Below are positions 19,924-29,031 of a DNA stretch of 51,854 nucleotides, one piece after another (the first letter of the stretch is position 1; every line of letters starts with the position of its first letter). Where the stretch lies: positions 1-51,854 of the forward strand of contig JBJDZD010000063.1 in NCBI GenBank assembly GCA_051867815.1, read 5' to 3'. The translations under genes and the position numbers were made by a program. The DNA comes from Eubacteriales bacterium (GTDB taxonomy: Bacteria > Bacillota > Clostridia > Oscillospirales > CAG-272). A model generated the notes under the pieces. The model saw only the letters and a program-made list of their open reading frames with translations, did not search any database and was not told the DNA's origin.

Positions 19924-20798
19924 TGAAGCTCTCCGTAAGTTCATATTCGTTCCAGCAGCTCATCCGCGCCGGCAAGATGACACAGCTTGACACGGTCAAG
20001 GCGGCGCACGACCTCGGCCTTAACGCAATTGAGTTCATAGACCTCTGCCCCGAATTCGGCAAGCCGACAACGCTTGAGGAGCAAAAGGAATACGCGCGCC
20101 TCATCCGCGCGGAAGCCGACAAATACGGCATGGACATAAACGCCTACACCATCGGCGCTAATCTCTACCGCAAGGGCGAGGATGCCGACCGCGAAGTCGA
20201 GCGTCTCTGCGGTCAGCTCGACGTTGCCAAGATACTCGGCGCAAAGGTTATGCGCCACGACGTTTGCTCCGTTTACGGCAAGGATGGTGATTCGCGCTCC
20301 TTCATCATGATGCTCCCGACACTTGCAGAGAACGCGCGCCGCGTTTCCGAATACGGTTCATCCCTCGGCATTAAAACCTGCTCGGAGAACCACGGCACCG
20401 TAGCGCAGGACAGCTATCGCGTTGAGATGCTCTTCTCTGCCGTTGCACACGACAACTACGGCCTGCTTGTTGACATGGGCAACTTTGCCTGCGTTGACGA
20501 GGACAGCGCCACCGCCGTTTCACGCGTTGCACCCTACGCCGTCCACGTTCACGCCAAGGATTTCATCTTCCACGATTTTGAGGAAGATTATCCCACCGGC
20601 TACCACACTCGCGGATGCCGCCGCTTAGTCGGATGTGCCATCGGCGAGGGCAACATTCCCGTAAAGCGTTGCCTTGCCATACTCAAAAAGGCGGGCTACG
20701 ACGGCTATGTTTCCATTGAATACGAAGGCCCGAACGATTGCATCGAGGGCATCAAAAAAGGCATTGAAACGCTCAAGTCCTTCGGCGTTGAAGCATAA
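19923..20798 (+). CDS. Sugar phosphate isomerase/epimerase (xylose isomerase-like TIM barrel)
   Basis: SENHG, LVDMGNF, HVHAKD, AIGEG, YDGYVSIEYEG. Confidence 0.9.
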   Translation: MKLSVSSYSFQQLIRAGKMTQLDTVKAAHDLGLNAIEFIDLCPEFGKPTTLEEQKEYARLIRAEADKYGMDINAYTIGANLYRKGEDADREVERLCGQLDVAKILGAKVMRHDVCSVYGKDGDSRSFIMMLPTLAENARRVSEYGSSLGIKTCSENHGTVAQDSYRVEMLFSAVAHDNYGLLVDMGNFACVDEDSATAVSRVAPYAVHVHAKDFIFHDFEEDYPTGYHTRGCRRLVGCAIGEGNIPVKRCLAILKKAGYDGYVSIEYEGPNDCIEGIKKGIETLKSFGVEA

Positions 20799-20804
20799 AA
20801 CACA

Positions 20805-20840
20805 AACGCAGACCTGCAAAACAGGTCTGCGTTCCTTTTT
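20805..20840. terminator. Intrinsic terminator between convergent genes
   Basis: AACGCAGACCTG / CAGGTCTGCGTT perfect stem. Confidence 0.75.
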
Positions 20841-21468
20841 ATAAAAGCTCGTCAAGCTTGACGACATAGCCGTCAAGCTCGGATTTCATTTGCGCGGTGT
20901 ATTCCGCCGACGTGGCGTCGTAAACGCCGATGACGCGCATGCCGGCAAGCTTTGCCGTGCGGCAGGCATTGAGATTATCGTCAAGGAAGGTGATCTCGGA
21001 GACATCCACACCGAGCTTCTTTGCCGCTTCTCGATAAATGGCAGTGTCCGCTTTGGTCAAGTCGAAATCATTGCAGGACCAAACGTTATCAAAGAGATCG
21101 AAAAGCCCGAGCCTTTTCAGGCAGGGGTCGAGGGTCAGGTGGGGACTTGCCGTCAACACGTTCAGCCTGTCACCGCGTCCGCGAAGCGCGAGGAGCGTCT
21201 TTGGAACGGTGTCCTTCGCGAGGATGTTGTTCACGTACTCCTCATACATATACCTGCCCATGCGATCAACGACCTCTTCAAAGGTCAGATTTATTCCGAG
21301 CTTATCAATATAATATCTCGCCGCGCCGATGTAGCCGAGGGGCGTGACGGTCTTGATAACATCCTCGGAATAGGGTGTGCCGGTTTCATCAAGAATGCGA
21401 AGCATTTGTGATGCATAAGTCGGCATTGAATCGACGAGAGTGCCGTCGAAATCAAATAGATAGATCAT
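20839..21468 (-). CDS. HAD family phosphatase
   Basis: FDFDGTLVDS motif I, LTAS, K, FLDD motifs. Confidence 0.9.
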   Translation of the reverse strand: MIYLFDFDGTLVDSMPTYASQMLRILDETGTPYSEDVIKTVTPLGYIGAARYYIDKLGINLTFEEVVDRMGRYMYEEYVNNILAKDTVPKTLLALRGRGDRLNVLTASPHLTLDPCLKRLGLFDLFDNVWSCNDFDLTKADTAIYREAAKKLGVDVSEITFLDDNLNACRTAKLAGMRVIGVYDATSAEYTAQMKSELDGYVVKLDELL

Positions 21469-22541
21469 TAAACTTCTTCAAAGGGTACGGTCGCGCCGAG
21501 CTTGTCGGACTCAAACGCCGCCTCGATGACGCGCAGGACGCGGCGCATCTGGTCGTGCGTGACTATCTGCTCTGCCTCACCGCGAATTGCCGCTGTAAAA
21601 TTGCGATAAAAGTCGTGGACGTCGGATGCCATGCGCTCGATGAAGCTCTCCTCCATGCTGTCCTCGGCGCGGGGAGCCATGGTCTTGGTCATACCTGCGG
21701 AGGTGATAACCGGCTTGACCTCGCCCTCCTCCGGCTTCTTCATGGAAACGATACGGGTCGTGTCGCGCCAATCCTCAATGATCGCCGCGCCACCTGTGCC
21801 CGTCATATAGAAACGGGGAAGGCCGATGAAGTGGTGAGTTCCGACCTCGATATGACCGACGGTGTCATCCGTGAAGATAATATCGAGCTTGAAGCCGTCG
21901 TCAACCTCTTTATTGGTGACATGCTCGCAAAGGCATCTTACGGATCTTACCTTCTTATCCGCAAAGATGAGGAGCATCTGATCGATAAGGTGAACGCCCC
22001 AGTCGTAGATCATGCCACCGCCATGTTCGGGCTTGCCTCGCCAGTCACCGGGAATGCCGCGAGAGCCTTGAATCCTCGATTCGCAGGAGAAAACTCTGCC
22101 GAGCTTACCGCAGAGGTACGCCTCGCGCATCATGCGGAAGTCAATATCCCAACGGCGGTTCTGGTGAACGGTGAAGAGCATGCCGGTCTCCTTCGAAACG
22201 GCAAGAACCTCCTCAAGCTCCTCCGAGTTGATAACGACGGGCTTCTCCGTAATAACGTGCTTGCCTGCGCGCATTGCCTTGATGGCAAGCTCGGCATGCA
22301 GCTCATTCGGGGTAGCAATGGTAACGAATTTTATCTCATCGTCGGCAAGCAGCTCCTCAAGGGAGGAATACGCGCGGATGCCGTTGGCTTTTGCCAGCTC
22401 AATTTTTTCGGGCTTGATATCATAAATACCGCAAAGGTAGCAAACGTCGCTTTCCAGAATGTATCTGGTGTGCCAGCCGCCCATTCCGCCGTAACCGATT
22501 ACGGCACAGCCCATTTTTTCCGTGTTTTTTACTTCATTCAT
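21468..22541 (-). CDS. Gfo/Idh/MocA family oxidoreductase
   Basis: VIGYGGMG, ATPNELH, HVITEKP, HQNRRWD, GGMIYDWGVHLID. Start is 22541 or 22556. Confidence 0.92.
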   Translation of the reverse strand: MNEVKNTEKMGCAVIGYGGMGGWHTRYILESDVCYLCGIYDIKPEKIELAKANGIRAYSSLEELLADDEIKFVTIATPNELHAELAIKAMRAGKHVITEKPVVINSEELEEVLAVSKETGMLFTVHQNRRWDIDFRMMREAYLCGKLGRVFSCESRIQGSRGIPGDWRGKPEHGGGMIYDWGVHLIDQMLLIFADKKVRSVRCLCEHVTNKEVDDGFKLDIIFTDDTVGHIEVGTHHFIGLPRFYMTGTGGAAIIEDWRDTTRIVSMKKPEEGEVKPVITSAGMTKTMAPRAEDSMEESFIERMASDVHDFYRNFTAAIRGEAEQIVTHDQMRRVLRVIEAAFESDKLGATVPFEEV

Positions 22542-22666
22542 GGTGTTGCCTTTCATAAACCGTTTTTGCAGACAATTTCTGCTTATTCATAAAAATTATA
22601 TGCCAAAAAACCAACATTCGCAAGTCATTGTTAGGTGTTTATCGGACAAATATTGCTATTATAAAT

Positions 22667-22691
22667 AGGGTGAACCAAACCGGTTCACCCT
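22667..22691 (-). terminator. Intrinsic terminator
   Basis: AGGGTGAACC / GGTTCACCCT stem just after the 22697 stop. Confidence 0.65.
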
Positions 22692-22696
22692 GAATA

Positions 22697-24571
22697 TTAT
22701 ACCTCGTAAATAAAACTCCATACACGCCATTCGCCGTGATAATAAACCTGAAGAACGCTAATGCTTCCGGTAAGCGTGTCGGTTTGCTCGACGCCGTCAA
22801 CGGTGCGCGTGCGCGTTACTGTAAACTCAACTCGACAGCTAATGCTCTTATCGGTATAGCTTACAAGGTCGGTGGTCTGCTTGCCGTCAACCGTGAACCT
22901 ATCGTACTTCGGCATGAGATTGACCTCGCGGTACGATTCCATAACGGCAACATAGCCTGCCGTTCCCTCGATCATCATAGCCTTGATGGCGTCGTAATTT
23001 GCTTTGAAAGTCTCTTTGTTAGACGGATCGAGCCACGCGCCGCCACCGCAAATATAGGCAATATACGCCTCGGCAAACTTCTCCGCCTCCGCTATGCGCG
23101 CGCTGTCGAAAGCTTCGCCGGCGCTGTAATCAAAGTCACAACGCATGCGGTAGCCCTCAACGCGAGTGCCTGCACAGGTCAGCTCGGTCGAACCGAGCTT
23201 TGCGGTCACGTTGGGCTGTGCAAGATAACCGTTCAGCACATATTTGTCAAATGACGGCACAGCGCCCTCAACCACACCCAGCTCCGAGACCTCGTAGCGT
23301 CCGAGCGAGGTTGCGCCGTCGGCAATATCCTCTGCGGTCGCGCCACCTTCGACCTTGAGCGATGGAGTGATCTTCTTGCCGTTGACGAAAAGCTCGGCGT
23401 CAGCGGGGACGATAACGGTTACGGTATATTTGCATTCGTCGGGAGTGGCAAAAATAAAGTTGCGGTTCTCGCTTGAGAGAAGCTCGACGCTTTTTCCGTC
23501 GATCTTCGCCTCGACCTCGACCTCACCGAAGATATTGCCGACTGTCCATACGCTCAAGCGCGGCAGAGTGCCGGTTCCGCCGTCGTCAAGATCGCCAAGC
23601 TCGCCGTCAATTTCCTCACGCGTTGCCCATTCTTCGGTCAGCATTATGCCGCCGATATAAGCGTCAACGCCCACCGGAACGGTCACCCTCACCTCGTGCA
23701 TCGCGCTCTCCGGATAGTAGAAAAACCACTCGCGCTCACCCATCGCTTGCATACGCAGGGTCTCGCTGCCGAGCCTTGCGCTCAACTCGGGAACAAAATA
23801 TATGTCGTTGAAAACATAAATATCGCAGGGGGCAACGGCATTGCCCTTCTCCGCATCGGAAAGTGCGGGATAGCTTACGCCGTGCTTTTCCTTCATATTC
23901 GGGTCGATCTCCACGCCGTTGACGGTGAGAGCCGCACCTGACGGCACGATTATCCTGTATTCGGGAAAATCAACGTCCGAAAAATATTCGATGTTGAATT
24001 CCATCCTTTCGATCTCCCACTCTCCGCTTGAAAACAGACCGATCGAATTATCCTTTAAGACGAGCGAGGCAAAATGCCGTCCGTCCGAAAACAGCTCGTA
24101 AACCGGGTAGCCCTCCGCCGACGGCTTCATGCAACGCAGATAGGTGATCTTGCCAAGCTCCAAAGCCGGAGAAAGAACATCGTACGCCAGCTTTGAGGCA
24201 TCCTCGTACGCCGGGTAGGTATTCGGAAGATTAAGGCGGAGCTGCTGACGCCACTCATCGGTATCCGCGGTTTCGATATAGTTTTCAATAAACACCTCGG
24301 CGCGCCCGTCCTCGCGTATCTCGGCAAGCCGCCAGGAAACGACGACGAGTATTCCGATAACGAGCAGAGCCGCGCTCAAATAAACCAAGACAGCCTTGAA
24401 GAGAGGATTCGCGCGCGGATGGCGGCGACGCCCTGCGGTTTCAAAATGTGCGTCGATGCCTACGCCGATTTTGGACGAAACGTCACCGCGCATGCCCGAG
24501 GTTTCGGACATGGAAGTGATGTTCTTGTCGCGGCCGATGTCTTGGGGGTTGTTTTTCGGTAGATTGTTCAC
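22697..24571 (-). CDS. Single-pass membrane protein with three internal beta-strand repeats, unknown function
   Basis: One TM near aa 60-82. Repeats IIVPSGAALTVNG, VTVPVGVDAYIGG, VIVPADAELFVNG. GTG start overlaps upstream stop. Confidence 0.65.
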   Translation of the reverse strand: MNNLPKNNPQDIGRDKNITSMSETSGMRGDVSSKIGVGIDAHFETAGRRRHPRANPLFKAVLVYLSAALLVIGILVVVSWRLAEIREDGRAEVFIENYIETADTDEWRQQLRLNLPNTYPAYEDASKLAYDVLSPALELGKITYLRCMKPSAEGYPVYELFSDGRHFASLVLKDNSIGLFSSGEWEIERMEFNIEYFSDVDFPEYRIIVPSGAALTVNGVEIDPNMKEKHGVSYPALSDAEKGNAVAPCDIYVFNDIYFVPELSARLGSETLRMQAMGEREWFFYYPESAMHEVRVTVPVGVDAYIGGIMLTEEWATREEIDGELGDLDDGGTGTLPRLSVWTVGNIFGEVEVEAKIDGKSVELLSSENRNFIFATPDECKYTVTVIVPADAELFVNGKKITPSLKVEGGATAEDIADGATSLGRYEVSELGVVEGAVPSFDKYVLNGYLAQPNVTAKLGSTELTCAGTRVEGYRMRCDFDYSAGEAFDSARIAEAEKFAEAYIAYICGGGAWLDPSNKETFKANYDAIKAMMIEGTAGYVAVMESYREVNLMPKYDRFTVDGKQTTDLVSYTDKSISCRVEFTVTRTRTVDGVEQTDTLTGSISVLQVYYHGEWRVWSFIYEV

Positions 24572-25452
24572 CTTGCTCCACCTCCCTTAACGATCAGCGA
24601 AAAGGCGCTCTCGCCCTTTGAGCCGAGCTGACCGACGCCGTCGGCGTAAAAGCCTCCCTCAGCGGTGAGGGCCGCCGCGTTTACTGCGCCGTATTCGTAC
24701 ATCAGTGAAGCAAGCTCGGAATAAGTGATACCCGAGGGATATATCCCACGGTCATTTGCAAAAATGAGAATGACGGAGCCGTCCGCCGCCTGACCTATGC
24801 CGACGCGAGAGGAATAACCTCCGCCGAGGTCGGTTGCCGGAACGGAATCGGAAATCAGCACGCGGTCAGCCGCCATGCCCCAGATAAAGCCTGAGTTTGC
24901 CGCCTCGTACGCGGTCATTGCACCGATACGGATAACGCCGTACTCGCCCATGGCGCAGAAGCAGTAAAGCTCGCCGTCCTCTCCCTTGTAGGTCAGATAA
25001 TCTCCGATAATAAAGGCATCCGTACCACCTGCAAGCCCAAGCGAATATTTCGCCGAGGGCGGGACATCGTCCCCTTTGGCGAGGGCAAGCGAGGCAGGGT
25101 CAATTCCCGTTATCACGACGGCATCCCACGCGCTTGATGCGCCGTCGATATAATAAAGCGCGGTCTTGTAATCGCCGGTAGGCGAGATATTGCTCTGTGT
25201 CGGCTTTGGAGGCATGTAAAAGAGGGACTTCTCAAGCTCCTCGGCGCTGAAGAACAGACCAGAAAGCGGAAAACGCTTCTCCGCAAAAGTAGCACAAAGG
25301 CGATCGGACTCGCTCTTTGCCGGACCTTTGGCAATGACGAAAGCCGCACCCACAAGAGCGCACAGAAGTATGACGGCGGTAAGAACGATGATGAGCGCGG
25401 CCGCAAAAATCACCTTTGCCGTATTTTTCTTCCTTCTTATAACCTTTGACAT
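24568..25452 (-). CDS. Phosphodiester glycosidase (NAGPA)-like membrane protein, degenerate
   Basis: Start ATG 25452 with GGAGG RBS; N-terminal TM; SRVGIGQAADGSVILI...GITYSELASLMYEYGAVNAAAL. Confidence 0.6.
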   Translation of the reverse strand: MSKVIRRKKNTAKVIFAAALIIVLTAVILLCALVGAAFVIAKGPAKSESDRLCATFAEKRFPLSGLFFSAEELEKSLFYMPPKPTQSNISPTGDYKTALYYIDGASSAWDAVVITGIDPASLALAKGDDVPPSAKYSLGLAGGTDAFIIGDYLTYKGEDGELYCFCAMGEYGVIRIGAMTAYEAANSGFIWGMAADRVLISDSVPATDLGGGYSSRVGIGQAADGSVILIFANDRGIYPSGITYSELASLMYEYGAVNAAALTAEGGFYADGVGQLGSKGESAFSLIVKGGGAR

Positions 25453-25474
25453 TGCGTCCTCCGAAATCTTTGCT

Positions 25475-25510
25475 ATTATATATTGTACAACATTATTCGA
25501 CAAAAGTCAA
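25475..25510 (-). promoter_or_regulatory. Tandem sigA-type promoters overlapping a Spo0A-box match
   Basis: Minus strand TTGACT-N17-TACAAT and TTGTCG-N17-TATAAT; TGTCGAA at 25496-25502. Confidence 0.5.
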
Positions 25511-25667
25511 GAGAAAAAAGATAAGAGCCGAACGTCGTGCACGATCAGCGGTAAATCGAAGTTCAATTTACGCCGTTCCAAAATATTCTTTGCGTCTTGA
25601 ACAGACGCATCCCGCAAGCGGAAACAGAATATTTCCAAAAAAAGTGCAAACATAAGCCCTTATCTTT

Positions 25668-26735
25668 TTATTCACCCAACCCGAGTGCGGTCATTACATT
25701 CTTTGATCCGGCATCAAGTGCCGCGCGGGTTTGGGCCTCGCAATCTGGCGCTTCACCGCATCCGAGAAGCACGCGCACGGAAAACTCGCTGCAAGTAAAT
25801 CCCGTCCTGCTCACCCTGTCGGAAATCAAAGCCTCCGCGCTCATAAGCACGGGAACCTGCACCGTATACAGATCAAGTGCCAAGAATCCGCATTTTGAGG
25901 TTATCTCTTTGAGCTTTTCGCGCGCATCGGGCGCGTTTACGAAATCAAAGGACAAGCCGAGGCCGATAGCGGTCGTTCTGCCCTTTTGCTCGTAAACGTC
26001 CGAAATGAAGGAAAGTCCCTCGTCCGTATTATCCGAAAAACCGAGCAAAAGCAGTTCGTCAAATCCGGCATCAACAAGCTCACAAACAAGCGCAAGCTCG
26101 TACGCCCTTGCAATACTGCGTATCTCGTCGGGGTAATTCAGATAGTCGATCTCAAAAATTCCGCAAATGCGTGTCATCTCGCCGTATTTTGAAGCGATCA
26201 GCTCAAGCCCCTCCGAAAGCTCCGTCGTTCCGCAGGTATCCACTCCACAGCTGCTTCCGATAACGGAAGCGTACGCAAGCCGCATTTTTCCGCTATCTGC
26301 ATCCTTGCGGCGCAGCAAGGTTGAAACGGCATTAAAGCGTATCGGGTCGGGATCGTATTCGGTGATTTCCTCCGCGGTGTCGTCAGAGGTGTCACCCGAG
26401 GTGTCCGAGGTCTCGTCAGAGGTGTCGTCCGAAGTATCGTCAGAAGTGTCGGAGTTATCCGTTTGAGCGTTGCCATACCCGAAAACGACGCCCCTGCCTA
26501 TCATATCCGCCGGAGCGTTGGCATAATATACCTCTTCCTCCGTGGATTGCTCCTGCGAGGTGTTTGCGATGATATCCTCCGCGAGGCCTCGCAGATAATT
26601 GCCGAGAATTACGGCAAGCACGAAAAGGAGGAGCGCCGTGCATACGAATATGACCGCGAGCTTACCGCCGGAGCCGAGCGGCGTGTGATGACGGCTTCGG
26701 AAGGCTCTGCGCCTGTTGCCGCTGACTGTACTCAT
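25668..26735 (-). CDS. Membrane-anchored hypothetical protein with DTSD repeat
   Basis: Basic N-terminus, TM LAVIFVCTALLLFVLAVILG, DTSD repeats; start overlaps upstream stop. Confidence 0.65.
   Translation of the reverse strand: MSTVSGNRRRAFRSRHHTPLGSGGKLAVIFVCTALLLFVLAVILGNYLRGLAEDIIANTSQEQSTEEEVYYANAPADMIGRGVVFGYGNAQTDNSDTSDDTSDDTSDETSDTSGDTSDDTAEEITEYDPDPIRFNAVSTLLRRKDADSGKMRLAYASVIGSSCGVDTCGTTELSEGLELIASKYGEMTRICGIFEIDYLNYPDEIRSIARAYELALVCELVDAGFDELLLLGFSDNTDEGLSFISDVYEQKGRTTAIGLGLSFDFVNAPDAREKLKEITSKCGFLALDLYTVQVPVLMSAEALISDRVSRTGFTCSEFSVRVLLGCGEAPDCEAQTRAALDAGSKNVMTALGLGE
26376..26459 (-). repeat. Imperfect 9-12 bp coding tandem repeat, (D/E)TS(D/G)
   Basis: Encodes DNSDTSDDTSDDTSDETSDTSGDTSDDT. 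Confidence 0.7.
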
Positions 26736-27772
26736 TATTCAATCTCCGAAATGTTAATGGATTTTCCGAAATCGTTAAGCTCAAAGGTGAGAGCTTCCTT
26801 ATACTCTGCAAGAATTTTGTTGAACTCCGAGCCGAGAATATCATCCTTGAAATCATCAAAATTATCATCGAGATAATCGTCCTCCACCTCAAGGCGAAGA
26901 ATGACATAGAATCCCTCCGAGGTCTCAACGACGTCACTCAGACTTCCGACGCTCAAGGTGAACGCTTCCCTCTCGTACTCCTCACCGTAGTCCGAGGTGT
27001 AACGGGCAAAATACTTGCCGTGAGTGGTCGTCATGGTGTAATCTGCACAATAAATGCCCTTGAGCATTATCATTTCAAGCTCTCTGTTATCCGCGTCGGC
27101 AAGTTGGTCACGCAGGCTGTTTGCAAGCGCGCGGTTTTCCTCTGTGACGCCCTTCAAAAAGATATGATTGGTGCGGATGAAGCTTTCCGAATGCATGTAA
27201 TCCGTTATGTAATCGTCATCACTTTCAATAACGCCGAGATCGCGCACGAGAATGTAGAAAAGCTCCGTGGCGCACTCCTCCGCCGCTATGTAGAAGCGGA
27301 AAAGTCTGTCGGTCATGAACTGCTCGGCAAGTGCCGCCTTGTACTTACGGAAGCTTCCGCATTCGTCAACGACGGACTCAACATTTTCCTGAACCGCATC
27401 TAAAATGGCGTCCTCCTTCATCATGACGTCGGCATTTCCGAGGTAAAAGTCGTCCGCCATGGCAAGAACGGCATAATAATCGCTGACAATGCTGTCGCGT
27501 ACAAGCCCCCAAAGCTCTGCCTCGTATTTCTCAGCCTTTTCGGGGTCAGCCCAGATATCCTCGCCGTACTTTGCCATCATATCCTTTTTGTGGTTAAGGA
27601 CGAGATACCTGTACTCGTCGTAAAGGATCTCAAAGCGACCGATGGTGCCGACGACGGCAGATTCCTCCTCCGTAGCAGGTATCGGCTTGACACCGCAGGA
27701 ACAAAGACAAGCTCCGAGAACCGTGACGAGTGCCAAAAACAGCGAAATACGCCTGATAATATGCTTTTTCAT
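26735..27772 (-). CDS. PrsA/SurA-like parvulin-type foldase lipoprotein
   Basis: Signal peptide with LCSC lipobox; HIFL; EAFTLSVGSLSDVVETSEGFYVILR parvulin C-terminal motif. Confidence 0.7.
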   Translation of the reverse strand: MKKHIIRRISLFLALVTVLGACLCSCGVKPIPATEEESAVVGTIGRFEILYDEYRYLVLNHKKDMMAKYGEDIWADPEKAEKYEAELWGLVRDSIVSDYYAVLAMADDFYLGNADVMMKEDAILDAVQENVESVVDECGSFRKYKAALAEQFMTDRLFRFYIAAEECATELFYILVRDLGVIESDDDYITDYMHSESFIRTNHIFLKGVTEENRALANSLRDQLADADNRELEMIMLKGIYCADYTMTTTHGKYFARYTSDYGEEYEREAFTLSVGSLSDVVETSEGFYVILRLEVEDDYLDDNFDDFKDDILGSEFNKILAEYKEALTFELNDFGKSINISEIE

Positions 27773-27875
27773 TTATGTAACTCCAAATAAATATAATATT
27801 CAATAATATAATAACACATTTTTGTGTCACACATGTGAATATGAGCAAAATTTGCAAAAAAATTTGAAAAATCGT

Positions 27876-27904
27876 TTGCAACGCAAGCGTTTTTATGATA
27901 TACT
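27876..27904 (+). promoter_or_regulatory. sigA-type promoter of hprK
   Basis: TTGCAA-N17-TATACT with TG extended -10. Confidence 0.6.
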
Positions 27905-27935
27905 ATAGGTAACAAAATCACAGAGGTCATTTATC

Positions 27936-28871
27936 ATGGATGAAATGAACAAAATATCGCTTTCCACCCTCATAAAAGAATTTGAATTTAATGAAATCTA
28001 TCTTCCGGGGCCTGCTTCGGAGATATTCGTTTGTGTTCCCGAGGTTGACCGCCCCGGTCTTGCGCTGAGCGGCTTCTTCGATATCTTTGAGAAAGCAAGA
28101 ATACAGCTGGTGGGCAATGCGGAATGTAAATATCTCAACAGAATGGACAAGCCGAAGCGTAAAGCGCACATAAGAGAATTCGTTTCACACAGGCCGGTTT
28201 GCATACTCATGACCTCCGGGCTTGTACCATTTGCCGAAACCGTCGAATACTGCAAGGAATTCGGCGTTCCGCTTCTCGGCACGGATGAAACGACGTCATC
28301 CATCATGGCAGCTCTTTTTGCTTCACTTAACGTTCATCTCGCCCCCTGCATCACGCGCCATGGCGTTCTCGTTGAAGTCTACGGCGAGGGCATCCTGATT
28401 CTCGGCGACAGCGGCGTAGGTAAATCCGAGACCGCAATAGAGCTTGTCAAGCGCGGCCACCGCCTTATTGCAGACGATGCCGTTGAGATCAAGCGCGTTT
28501 CCAAAAAGACACTCGTCGGCTCCGCGCCTGAGATACTGCGCCACTATGTGGAGCTGCGCGGCATAGGAATAATCGACGTCAAGCGTCTTTACGGCGTCAG
28601 CGCGGTCAAGGACACGGAAAAGATCGACCTCGTCGTAAATCTTGAACCATGGGTTCAAGGCAAAATGTACGACCGTCTCGGTCTTGACGAGCAACAGATA
28701 AACATCCTCGGCATCGACCTGCCATCTCTGACAATACCCGTCCGCCCCGGACGAAACCTTGCCATCATACTTGAGATCGCGGCAATGAACAACCGCCAGA
28801 AGCGTATGGGCTACAACACCGCAGAGGAATTCAACAAGCGTCTTATGACAATGATGGGCATGCAGGAATAA
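27936..28871 (+). CDS. hprK: HPr kinase/phosphorylase
   Basis: RPGLALSGFF, HGVLVEVYGEG, GDSGVGKSETAIELVKRGHRLIADD, ELRGIGII, PVRPGRNLA. Confidence 0.97.
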   Translation: MDEMNKISLSTLIKEFEFNEIYLPGPASEIFVCVPEVDRPGLALSGFFDIFEKARIQLVGNAECKYLNRMDKPKRKAHIREFVSHRPVCILMTSGLVPFAETVEYCKEFGVPLLGTDETTSSIMAALFASLNVHLAPCITRHGVLVEVYGEGILILGDSGVGKSETAIELVKRGHRLIADDAVEIKRVSKKTLVGSAPEILRHYVELRGIGIIDVKRLYGVSAVKDTEKIDLVVNLEPWVQGKMYDRLGLDEQQINILGIDLPSLTIPVRPGRNLAIILEIAAMNNRQKRMGYNTAEEFNKRLMTMMGMQE

Positions 28872-28891
28872 ACCGTAATTTAATAAAGCAT

Positions 28892-28929
28892 AAAGCCTTC
28901 GGCATTTTTTGCCGAGGGCTTATTTTTTT
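28892..28929 (+). terminator. Intrinsic terminator after hprK
   Basis: AAGCCTTCGGCA / TGCCGAGGGCTT stem followed by ATTTTTTT. Confidence 0.8.
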
Positions 28930-29031
28930 GCATTTTATCGCATTTGTGAGACTGCGGCAGACGGCGTGTGTCGGTTTGAGACTGTTTTCGGCGGTAAAAT
29001 ACGAATGTACAGACGGGAAAGCGAGGTACAA

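Noticed and set aside
17939-22592. Long antisense ORFs 17939-19123 (-) and 21375-22592 (+)
   Set aside because: Mirror frames of Gfo/Idh/MocA genes with no RBS or recognisable motifs.
26376-26459. Tandem repeat considered as CRISPR or contingency locus
   Set aside because: Units are 9-12 bp, degenerate at third positions, in frame and without spacers; no cas genes.
27863-27881. Possible cre (CcpA) site upstream of hprK
   Set aside because: TGAAAAATCGTTTGCA has the wrong spacing for the 14-bp cre palindrome.
28974-29001. sigF-like promoter (GTTTG...GGTAAAATA) before the capsid module
   Set aside because: Spacer too short and -35 imperfect; cannot support sporulation control from sequence alone.
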